Of a DNA stretch of 32,235 bases, positions 1-7,065 are shown in pieces. Position 1 is the first letter of the stretch. Every line of letters starts with the position of its first letter. The translations under genes were made by a program, and so were the position numbers. Under the pieces are notes generated by a model. That model searched no databases, was not told the DNA's origin, and saw only the letters and a list, made by a program, of their open reading frames with translations. Source of the stretch: a bacterium (lineage in GTDB: Bacteria; UBA9089; CG2-30-40-21; SBAY01); NCBI GenBank assembly GCA_040757115.1, contig JBFLYA010000016.1, positions 1-32,235 on the forward strand. Direction: 5' to 3'.

Positions 1-42
1 TAATGAATCTATCCGTTGATTTAATGAATCTATCCGTTGATT
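1..42. repeat. 21-bp tandem repeat (at least 2 copies) encoding NQRIDSL heptads
   Basis: taatgaatctatccgttgatt occurs twice exactly (1-21, 22-42). Confidence 0.9.
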
Positions 43-171
43 TACATATCCAATTTCTTCTTTAACAACCGCGCGTATTTCGGCTATATCTTGTTTGGTT
101 AATTCGGCAAAGGTAATTTTTCCTGGCAGGAATATAAGTAATCCCAGAATTGGGATTAATACTTTTTTCAT
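1..171 (-). CDS. 5' part of a secreted or membrane-anchored coiled-coil protein (runs off window start)
   Basis: Not in the ORF track. ATG at 171 is preceded by AAGAGG. It reads MKKVLIPILGLLIFLPGKITFAELTKQDIAEIRAVVKEEIGYVNQRIDSLNQRIDSL with no stop and has a signal-peptide-like N-terminus. Confidence 0.8.
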   Translation of the reverse strand, partial: MKKVLIPILGLLIFLPGKITFAELTKQDIAEIRAVVKEEIGYVNQRIDSLNQRIDSL

Positions 172-204
172 CGTAAAACCTCTTTTTAAAAGTAATCTTA
201 TATT

Positions 205-233
205 AAATTATCACATCTTACTCCAAAAGTCAA
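205..233 (-). promoter_or_regulatory. putative sigma70 promoter for the 1..171 gene
   Basis: Minus strand TTGACT-17 nt-TAATTT. Confidence 0.45.
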
Positions 234-283
234 GTTTTATTTTTAATCTTTTTTTGCCACAGAGGCACAGAGTGCACAGAGGA

Positions 284-647
284 TTATTTATAAAATTAAT
301 CACTAAACCTACTTTCTTCCCGGTGAGTTTTAAGTAAGTAATTGTTGTCTCCATAGTGCCCTTAATAATCTTCTCTGTAACCACATTTATCTTTTCGTAA
401 GCGTTCAGGTGGTGTAACAAAAGGAGATGTGGAGATTAAGGAGATAGGGAGATATTATTAAAAAAATTGAAATTAATAGAAACTAATAGAAATTTATGGA
501 AATTTGTTGTTTCCCACAATCAATTTCTACCTATTTCTATAAATTTCAATCTATTTCTATTATCTTATCTCCATATCACTCTTATCTCCTTATCCCCTTT
601 CTTACACTTTTGATATATAGCCTGAACGGTTACATCTTTTCTATCAT
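284..647 (-). pseudogene. internally deleted GxxExxY-family gene remnant
   Basis: Removing MITE 397-633 and one target copy gives MIEKINVVTEKIIKGTME joined to TTITYLKLTGKKVGLVINF, the typical N- and C-terminal segments of the family. Confidence 0.75.
397..633. mobile_element. 237-bp MITE with IS66-like GTAA ends and 8-bp TSD
   Basis: Ends gtaagcgttcagg / cctgaacggttac. Direct repeat atcttttc at 389-396 and 634-641. Near-identical copies at 8173-8407 and 32116-end. Contains two nested inverted repeat arrays. Confidence 0.92.
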
Positions 648-677
648 TTTCTCTCTGTGTCCTCTGTGTCTCTGTGG

Positions 678-1070
678 CTAATCTTTTTTTTCACATAGTT
701 CAACTTTTTCCATTGCTTGTTTTTGCCAGTCTTCGTGAGGGGTATAAAAGCTACGGATGGCGTAAATTCCATGAACTATTTCACCGTAAGTATCCTTTGC
801 TTCTTTAAACTGACCATCTTTTTCATACATCTGACCTATTTCAAATATTCGCTCTTTTGCCTTTTTCACCCATTTTGAACCCGGGGTATAAAATCTAATG
901 GTTGAGCCATACCAGACAACGGCCATCGCATAATTTTTTCCCTTGTATTCTTTTTCTCCTTCATAAAATGCCTCTTTTGCCCGATGTAATGTCTCTAACC
1001 AGACCATTGTAAAGGCAATTACTATTACTCCTAAAACAGTTAAGATAATCTTTAATGGTTTATTCTTCAT
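678..1070 (-). CDS. hypothetical membrane-anchored TPR-like helical protein
   Basis: 130-aa ORF with GGAGG RBS, an N-terminal TM helix and a TPR-like A/Y/G helix pattern. Confidence 0.75.
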   Translation of the reverse strand: MKNKPLKIILTVLGVIVIAFTMVWLETLHRAKEAFYEGEKEYKGKNYAMAVVWYGSTIRFYTPGSKWVKKAKERIFEIGQMYEKDGQFKEAKDTYGEIVHGIYAIRSFYTPHEDWQKQAMEKVELCEKKD

Positions 1071-1425
1071 TTTTTAAACCTCCTCTGAAATGATAGAATT
1101 CGACCCCGCTGGCTTTATCCGTCATTCGCTGTAACGATTGGGGTAGATATTAATTTATTTTTTCGCCCAAAGCTTCAATATCGGCTAAATCCTTATGACG
1201 GTATAATGCCTTTTTGTTTATAATAAACTCTTTGCGTCCAATAAAATAAACAGGAAGATTACCATATTCTCCCTTTTCTCTACCAACAAATGCAGTATGC
1301 CAATCAATGCCTGAGATAGAGGTAATAATATCAATTCTTACCGGTGGCACCCCCAGTTGAACAACTTTATGTTCAACTGCAAAATCTTCGACAGAAAGTC
1401 TAAGTGAACCAAAACCAAAATCTTT

Positions 1426-1787
1426 CGACCTGTGAAATAGGTCAACGAGGGAAAAACAAAATTATACTCCACTGCTTGGTGTAAGAAAAGGAGATAGGGA
1501 GATTAAGGAGATAAGGGGATATTATTCTAATTCCACTCTTCTAAAATCTGCCTTTTCTTTAGCAAAGTTTACAAGAATAGCCACCTTTACACCTGCAGCT
1601 TTTAAATCGGTAAATACTCTCCAGAAAACCTGGCCCCAGTGTCTGGTGTACCTTGATAATACATTGAATTATTATCTCAGCAAGTAGATTTTCTTGATAT
1701 TCTTCTCTGATATCTCCATATCCCCTTTATCCCCTTATCCCCCTTCTTATACTAACTACGATCAAAATATTCCTATTTCACAGGTCG
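1426..1787. mobile_element. 362-bp MITE with perfect 16-bp TIR CGACCTGTGAAATAGG and 8-bp TSD
   Basis: TIRs at 1426-1441 and 1772-1787. aaatcttt at 1418-1425 and 1788-1795. Contains the GGAGAT-arm cassette 1479-1752. Confidence 0.92.
1522..1719 (-). pseudogene. internally deleted, frameshifted GxxExxY gene remnant
   Basis: IIIQCIIKVHQTLGPGFLESIY followed in another frame by KAAGVKVAILVNFAKEKADFRRVELE*. Confidence 0.85.
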
Positions 1788-1913
1788 AAATCTTTTAATG
1801 CCGCAAGTATTTTTTTGCCATTTTCTACGGATGGTTTTATAAAAATGTCCATATCTCCAGTATATCTGGGAGCACCATGAAATGCCAGGGCATAACCACC
1901 CATAATTAAAAAA

Positions 1914-2099
1914 TCAACCTGATGTTTGTTGAATAACTCTAACAACTCTTTGAAGTCTTGCTGTATTTCCATTATATTGCTTCCTTAAATAATCCACTGT
2001 CCTAACTCTCTCTTTTACAGATTTCCTTAACCAATATTCTAAATCCGAATTATCCTTTTTTGTATTTAAATCTTTTATTTTTACTACCTTGCGAATCAT
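1914..2099 (-). CDS. small hypothetical protein overlapping the nucleotidyltransferase gene start (possible partner gene)
   Basis: Track ORF 1914..2111; likely start MIRK at 2099, next to the rpiB stop. Contains DLEYW..S..ER. Overlaps the downstream gene start. Confidence 0.6.
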   Translation of the reverse strand: MIRKVVKIKDLNTKKDNSDLEYWLRKSVKERVRTVDYLRKQYNGNTARLQRVVRVIQQTSG

Positions 2100-2100
2100 T

Positions 2101-2538
2101 TTATCTCCCAATTTCTAATTCCCTAATCTTATCTAATCTACGGATATGTCTTTCTTCGTTGGAAAATTCTGTTTCCAGGAATATCTTTAAAATTTCCTTT
2201 GCTTGTTGAGAGTTCACTATTTTCGCCCCCAGAACTAAAATATTAGCATCATTATGTTCTCGGCATAATCTTGCGGTCATTGTATCACAGCAAAGAGCGG
2301 CACGGATACCTGGGATTTTATTAGCGGTAATTGACATTCCTATGCCGGTGCCACAAATAAGTACCCCGCGCTCAAATTCACCATTACTTACCTTTTTAGC
2401 CACCTTAATCCCAATATCCGGGTAATCAACGGATGTTTCATCATAGGTCCCAACATCTTCATACTCATAATTTAAAGATTTTATTAATTCCTTTTTTAAG
2501 TCAATTCCAGCATGGTCACAACCAAAGACAATTTTCAT
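2101..2538 (-). CDS. rpiB: ribose-5-phosphate isomerase B
   Basis: GCDHAG, SVDYPD, LICGTGIGMSITANK, REHNDANIL, RH.RR motifs. Start at 2538 gives an ATGA overlap with the upstream gene. Confidence 0.95.
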   Translation of the reverse strand: MKIVFGCDHAGIDLKKELIKSLNYEYEDVGTYDETSVDYPDIGIKVAKKVSNGEFERGVLICGTGIGMSITANKIPGIRAALCCDTMTARLCREHNDANILVLGAKIVNSQQAKEILKIFLETEFSNEERHIRRLDKIRELEIGR

Positions 2539-3623
2539 TCCATTAGTTTTTTTATCAATCGCGTTAGACACTTTTTAATCTCCAAAAAACAGGTTTCATA
2601 TCCTTCTCTTGAACCACCAATTGGGTCAGCAATCTCTTTTTTCCCTAATCCAACATACTCAGACAAAAGAAATGTTTTTCCTTTTGCTGATGGTAAAATA
2701 TTCTCTACCCTTTCTTTATGATAACTCTCCATCGTCAGGATTACATCTGCTTTTTTAATCATCTGTTCATTTAATAGTGTAGAAAAGGCAGCAGTGGGGA
2801 GAATCCCTTCATTTTCTAATATTTTTAGACTCATGGGAGTAACATTTCCGTTATTAATAGCAGATGTTCCAGCAGACTTAACTTCAACTAAAAAATTTGT
2901 CTCTTTTGCCATTTTGGCGAACAATTTTTCTGCCATAAAACTTCGGCAGGTATTACCTGTGCAAACAAATAAGATATTCTTCGAATTAAGAACTCTGAAT
3001 AATTCTTTAGAACCAATTGCTCCTTCACGCAAAATAACAGGTGATTTACCTGTTAAATCTAAAACAGTCGAGGCAATACCCAATTTTGTTTTACCACCAT
3101 CTATGATTAAATCTATTTTATCTTTTAAACCTGCCATTACTTCCTCACAGGTAGTTGGTTCTTTATGGCCAGAAATATTTGCTGAAGGACAGGCAATCGG
3201 GGTGTTTGAAGACTCAATTAATGCTAACGCAATCTTATTATCTGGCATTCGGATGCCCACAGTCCGCTTTTCACCCATTATCATTTCAGGAACTAAATCA
3301 CTGGCAGATAAGATTATCGTTAAAGGACCAGGCCAGAATTTATCTATTAATTTCCAGGTATCATCAGGTATATCTTTCGCTAATCTTGATAGCTCATTAA
3401 AATCTGAAATAAGTAAAGATATTGGTTTGGATATGGGTCTTTTTTTTACCTCAAAGATTAATCTTATTCCATCTTTATTCAACCCATCTACCCCTAATCC
3501 ATAGACCGTTTCCGTAGGAAAGGCAACAAGTTTTCCTTTTTTAATAAAATTAGCCGCCCTTGTTATCTTCTCCTTTTCTGGATAGATGGGGTCTATTTTT
3601 AAAATTTCTGCTCCTTTTTGCAC
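2535..3623 (-). CDS. tsaC: threonylcarbamoyl-AMP synthase (TsaC/Sua5) fused to a low-molecular-weight protein phosphatase domain
   Basis: VAFPTETVYGLG, KKRP, FWPGPLT, PSANISG, ILREG, followed by ILFVCTGNTCRS...IADPIGG. Confidence 0.92.
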   Translation of the reverse strand: MQKGAEILKIDPIYPEKEKITRAANFIKKGKLVAFPTETVYGLGVDGLNKDGIRLIFEVKKRPISKPISLLISDFNELSRLAKDIPDDTWKLIDKFWPGPLTIILSASDLVPEMIMGEKRTVGIRMPDNKIALALIESSNTPIACPSANISGHKEPTTCEEVMAGLKDKIDLIIDGGKTKLGIASTVLDLTGKSPVILREGAIGSKELFRVLNSKNILFVCTGNTCRSFMAEKLFAKMAKETNFLVEVKSAGTSAINNGNVTPMSLKILENEGILPTAAFSTLLNEQMIKKADVILTMESYHKERVENILPSAKGKTFLLSEYVGLGKKEIADPIGGSREGYETCFLEIKKCLTRLIKKLME

Positions 3624-3630
3624 TTTAAAT

Positions 3631-3659
3631 ACTATACCATATTACTTTAAGAATGTCAA
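3631..3659 (-). promoter_or_regulatory. sigma70 promoter of the tsaC operon
   Basis: Minus strand TTGACA-17 nt-TATAGT with extended TG. The GTG start lies 7 nt downstream. Confidence 0.75.
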
Positions 3660-3677
3660 TTGTTTTTTTGGTAATTC

Positions 3678-3732
3678 GTAACCGTTCACTGCTCTTCACC
3701 GCAGAGACACAGAGACGCAGAGAAAAAATTAA
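3678..3732. mobile_element. orphan GTAA-MITE end (truncated)
   Basis: gtaaccgttcac..cgcagagacacagagacgcagagaaaaaattaa equals the reverse complement of the 4392-4436 end, with a 10-nt insertion. Confidence 0.75.
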
Positions 3733-4185
3733 GTAACTATTCAGCCACTGATTGACACGGAGTAGCACGGAAATATAGCACTTATTAATCGAAATTTGAC
3801 ATAGATATGGCTATGAAATTCCAAATCACAAATTCCAAATTCCAAACAAATTCGAATGACCAAAATTCAAAACATTACCCCCATAGTTTGTATTTAGGAT
3901 TTGAAATTTGGTGTTTATTTGAGATTTGGTGCTTGGGATTTGGGATTTTTTTTACTTATCCACTCTGAGTAAAGTTTTGACTAATAACTGCTATAGTCAG
4001 AAGACAGAACTCAGAGGACAGATGAGAAAGGGGGAAACGGAGAAAGGGAGAAACGGAGAAGGAGAGGAGAGACGAGGCACTATACCTGAATTTTCAGCCC
4101 TCAGCCTAATTACGGACACAGAAAACGGACACGGATTACGAATTTTCAGTGTTTCATCTGTGTCCATCAGTGGCTGAATAGTTAC
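3733..4185. mobile_element. GTAA-ended MITE with perfect 20-bp TIR, containing nested elements
   Basis: gtaactattcagccactgat / atcagtggctgaatagttac. No intact TSD visible. Confidence 0.85.
3774..3995. mobile_element. TATAGC-ended MITE (possibly TA-targeting, IS630-like) enclosing an empty heptamer-arm cassette
   Basis: tatagcacttattaatcgaaattt / aaagttttgactaataactgctata form an imperfect TIR. Inner aaattcc-type repeats (3816-) face gggattt-type repeats (-3948). Confidence 0.7.
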
Positions 4186-4192
4186 ATTTCTT

Positions 4193-4436
4193 GTAACCGT
4201 TCAGGTGGAAATTTACCGCAGAGACGCAGAGGAACAGAGAAATAAATCAGATAACAGAAAAGATTATTGAGGTAATCATTGTCATACATAGGACATCAAA
4301 ACCAAATTATTAATCAATCATGAGATGTCGGGCCTCAAAAGCTTGCTCTGATGAAAATCAGGAATGGAATTCTGCGTATGGTAAATAGTTTTTAATTTTT
4401 TCTCTGCGTCTCTGTGTCTCTGCGGTGAACGGTTAC
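4193..4436. mobile_element. 244-bp GTAA-MITE with 8-bp TSD carrying an ACCGCAGAG-arm cassette
   Basis: gtaaccgttca / tgaacggttac. catttctt at 4185-4192 and 4437-4444. Arms span 4215-4426. Confidence 0.9.
4239..4395 (+). pseudogene. degraded GxxExxY gene remnant
   Basis: EINQITEKIIEVIIVIHRT ... KIRNGILRMVNSF*, resembling the family N- and C-termini. Confidence 0.7.
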
Positions 4437-4447
4437 CATTTCTTGTT

Positions 4448-6118
4448 CTAAATCATATCAATATACCCACAGGGGCATTCTTCCGCACATTTCTTACACC
4501 CCTGACAGAGGGCTAAATTGAACTCGTAATGTTTACCTTTGGGTAATTTCTTGACTGCAGAATCCGAACACAGAATATAGCAGTTGTCACAATCAAAACA
4601 TTGACCACAACTCATACATCTCTTAGTTTCTGCAATAGCCACAGGTTCATCAATGGTAAAAGCGACTTCATTAAAATTATTTACCCGTTCTTGCGGACTA
4701 AGATTTGAGGTTTGAACTCGGGCTAATTTTTCGTAGTAATTAAAATTCATCCTGGTATGTCGGATGATAGTTGGGGCAAGAATTTTTGCAGGTTCTCTTT
4801 CTCGTAAATAGTCGTCAATTGCCTCAGCTGCCTTTCTTCCCAAACCAATCGCCTCAGTGACCAGACCGAGTTGATTTGTTACATCACCACCAGCAAACAC
4901 CTTATCAATGTTTGTTTTTCCTCTTTCATCGATGGTAATCCAGCCTTTTTCATTTTTGATTTGCTCTAAACCGGTAAAAACAGATATTTGACTGATAGCG
5001 GCAATGATAGCAGTTGCCTTTATTTCAAATTCAGACCCGGCAATAGGTATTGGTCTTCTGCGACCACTGGCATCTGGCTCACCCAGTTCCATACGAATGC
5101 ACTTTAACCCAACGGTTTTATTACCTTGTTTTATGACCTCAACTGGAGCGACTAAAAGTTCAAGATGAATTCCTTCTTCTTCGGCTTGATTAACCTCATG
5201 TTCAATAGCCGGCATCTCTACTTTTGTTCTTCGATAGAGGATAGATACATCCGCATTTTGTCTTCTGGCGACCCTGGCCGCATCAATAGCACTATTTCCA
5301 CCGCCAATAACCAGCACCTTTGAACCTAAATCAATTTGTTTGCCAGAATTAATCTGATTCAGATACCAGGCCGCGGTAAAAACACCTTCAGCATCTTCGC
5401 CCGGAATGTTTAGACCCGCTCCTTGATGTGCACCAATAGCTACATACACCGCATTATAGCCTTTTTGTAACTGTTCAAATGAAATATCTTCTCCAATCCT
5501 TGTCTTGCATTTGAGTTCAATCCCTAATTCTAAAATCGCATTAATCTCAGCATCGAGAATATCTTCTGGTAATCGGTAGCGCGGGATACCATATCTGAGC
5601 ATTCCGCCTGGCTTTTCAAATCCTTCAAACACAGTGACTTTATAGCCTTTTCTGGCTAATTGACAGGCACAGGAAAGCCCTGACGGTCCTGCACCAATTA
5701 CGGCAACCTTCTCTGGATATGTATCCGGATAAAGTTTTTTATGTTTCAGGTTATTTTTAATCCCGTAGTCACCAATGAATCTTTCAACCGCATTAATACC
5801 TACTGCCTCGTCCTTTTCTTTTCGATTACATTCTTTTTCACAGGGATGCGGACAAACTCTACCACAAACTGCCGGGAATGGGTTTTTATCGACTAAAGTT
5901 TCCCATGCCATTTTAAACGCATCTTCATAGTTCCTTCCATAGTTTTGTGATTGAGCAATAATTGTTAAATAACCCCTAATATCTGTTCCAGATGGGCAGG
6001 TATAACTACACGGTGGTGTTTTTGGGGTATATTTAGGTCTTAGTGCAGAGGTTTCTCTGCCTCCGCGCAAACCAATTTTTTCTAAAGCCCGTTTTCTTGT
6101 TTTTAGAACTATAGCCAT
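4448..6118 (-). CDS. dsrL: DsrL iron-sulfur flavoprotein (NAD(P)H oxidoreductase), YRR type
   Basis: N-terminal ferredoxin (PPCSYTCP, CGRVCPHPCE), GAGPSG FAD site, GGGNSA...YRR, and C-terminal RCMSCGQCFDCDNC plus CQGCKKCAEECPCG. Lies downstream of dsrABD. Confidence 0.9.
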   Translation of the reverse strand: MAIVLKTRKRALEKIGLRGGRETSALRPKYTPKTPPCSYTCPSGTDIRGYLTIIAQSQNYGRNYEDAFKMAWETLVDKNPFPAVCGRVCPHPCEKECNRKEKDEAVGINAVERFIGDYGIKNNLKHKKLYPDTYPEKVAVIGAGPSGLSCACQLARKGYKVTVFEGFEKPGGMLRYGIPRYRLPEDILDAEINAILELGIELKCKTRIGEDISFEQLQKGYNAVYVAIGAHQGAGLNIPGEDAEGVFTAAWYLNQINSGKQIDLGSKVLVIGGGNSAIDAARVARRQNADVSILYRRTKVEMPAIEHEVNQAEEEGIHLELLVAPVEVIKQGNKTVGLKCIRMELGEPDASGRRRPIPIAGSEFEIKATAIIAAISQISVFTGLEQIKNEKGWITIDERGKTNIDKVFAGGDVTNQLGLVTEAIGLGRKAAEAIDDYLREREPAKILAPTIIRHTRMNFNYYEKLARVQTSNLSPQERVNNFNEVAFTIDEPVAIAETKRCMSCGQCFDCDNCYILCSDSAVKKLPKGKHYEFNLALCQGCKKCAEECPCGYIDMI

Positions 6119-6131
6119 AGTTTCCTCCTTT

Positions 6132-6319
6132 GTAACTATTCACCACGAAGAGCACGAAGGGCAGGGAGATGTTACAGAACAAATCTCTTTATGCCTTCTT
6201 TCAATCTTTCCACGTGAATTCAAACAAACCCGGCTCAAGAGTTCGATGCACCGCTATAGTGCCTCCAATGACTCTAATTTATCAAATTTCACTTCGTGTC
6301 CTTCGTGGTGAATAGTTAC
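6132..6319. mobile_element. 188-bp GTAA-ended element with CACGAAG arms
   Basis: Perfect 19-bp TIR gtaactattcaccacgaag / cttcgtggtgaatagttac. No TSD seen. Confidence 0.85.
6172..6292 (-). pseudogene. internally deleted GxxExxY gene remnant
   Basis: MKFDKL / RVIGGTIAVHRTLEPGLFE / VERLKEGIKRFVL* in shifting frames. Confidence 0.8.
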
Positions 6320-6327
6320 CAAACATT

Positions 6328-6582
6328 TTACTCATTCGCGGCCGCTTCTTTATGAGGTATCTCGACAAATGTGCCCCCAAAGTAGGTATAGACACAGCGT
6401 CCGGAATCTATTAACATATTGATCGCCTTCCTCGCATCGTCTTTAGAAACTCTATCTTCACCATATTGCATAGTCATCTCTTTAGGCAAGTCATTTGGTT
6501 TAAATTTTTTCTTACCGGCGTATTCTTCTATCATTTTGAACATTGCATCCGCTATTTCTTCAATAGACATTTTATCTGCCAT
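6328..6582 (-). CDS. dsrD: dissimilatory sulfite reductase protein D
   Basis: 84 aa with KKKFKPNDL..KAINMLIDSGRCVYTYFGGT winged-helix-like pattern. Located after dsrB, with GGAGG RBS. Confidence 0.82.
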   Translation of the reverse strand: MADKMSIEEIADAMFKMIEEYAGKKKFKPNDLPKEMTMQYGEDRVSKDDARKAINMLIDSGRCVYTYFGGTFVEIPHKEAAANE

Positions 6583-6602
6583 TTTTCTGTACCTCCTTTA
6601 AT

Positions 6603-7065
6603 AAGTAGAGAGTAGAAAGTAGAGAGTAGAGAGATTATTCCCATTTCGCAATTAGTGAATGAAGCATTGCTCTAATCTCATTTAAAACTTGTAGTCTCTT
6701 CTCTATTATTTTTTCAGGCAACAACTTTCTTAACCTCCTATATCTACCCCTACTTTCTCCTACTGAACCTTTAGACATTCTAAAGAAATTCTTAATTTCT
6801 TTTCCCGACTTTCGTTCATATCCTTCTTCCATATTAGCACAGATAGAATCTAAACTTCTCAATTGATTCGATGCTAATATCCTACCTGCAAAACTCTTTT
6901 GAAGCACAGGTAAATCTTCTTCTAAAAAATCTTCAAATAGTCTAACTGCTTTTTGATAAACTTCAAAGTCCTCTACACTCTTTATTGGTTTTCTCTCCAT
7001 TCTCTCTTCTCTCTTCTCTTTTCTCTTTTCTCTCTACTCTCTACTCTCTACTCTCTACTCTCTAC
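6603..7065. mobile_element. heptamer-arm cassette (AGAGAGT)n...(ACTCTCT)n enclosing an intact four-helix-bundle gene
   Basis: Arms 6603-6634 and 7001-7065 directly abut the gene stop and start. Confidence 0.85.
6635..7000 (-). CDS. four helix bundle protein (23S rRNA IVS-protein / TIGR02436-like)
   Basis: EDFEVYQKA, QLRSLDSICANMEEGYER, FFRMSKGSVGE motifs. Confidence 0.9.
   Translation of the reverse strand: MERKPIKSVEDFEVYQKAVRLFEDFLEEDLPVLQKSFAGRILASNQLRSLDSICANMEEGYERKSGKEIKNFFRMSKGSVGESRGRYRRLRKLLPEKIIEKRLQVLNEIRAMLHSLIAKWE

Larger units (their letters stand above)
256..681. mobile_element. GCCACAGAG-arm palindromic cassette with a deleted GxxExxY gene, interrupted by a MITE
   Basis: Left arm gccacagaggcacagagtgcacagag and right arm ctctgtgtcctctgtgtctctgtggc are inverted. 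Related arms recur at 8157-8451 and 23047-23125. Confidence 0.85.
1150..1972 (-). pseudogene. nucleotidyltransferase-like gene split by a MITE
   Basis: The N-half has GGYALAFHGAPRYTGDMD and the C-half has PPVRIDI...KDLADIEAL. Removing 1426-1787 plus one 8-bp TSD restores one 150-aa frame (..LAALKDFGFGSLRLSVEDF..). Confidence 0.88.

Noticed and set aside
95-420. ORFs 95..337 and 211..420 as real genes
   Set aside because: 95..337 is antisense to the 1..171 gene and crosses repeats. 211..420 is a chance frame across MITE, GxxExxY remnant and arm.
496-681. ORF MEICCFPQ.. (also the start of 8270..8698)
   Set aside because: It lies in the repeated MITE palindrome and then runs into other repeats or antisense dsrA, with no protein-like features.
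2794-3504. 236-aa plus-strand ORF and the other plus-strand ORFs overlapping long minus-strand genes
   Set aside because: They are antisense shadows of well-supported genes.
3926-4177. 83-aa ORF
   Set aside because: It is a translation of low-complexity arm repeats within the nested elements.
3678-4436. A single 760-bp element using 3678 and 4436 as its TIRs
   Set aside because: No shared TSD; the 4436 end pairs with 4193 by an exact 8-bp duplication.
4448-6118. Glutamate synthase small subunit gltD
   Set aside because: The extra C-terminal ferredoxin domain and the position after dsrABD fit DsrL, and no gltB is nearby.
6635-7000. Diversity-generating retroelement (Avd-like gene)
   Set aside because: No reverse transcriptase and no TR/VR pair differing at adenines was seen in the window.
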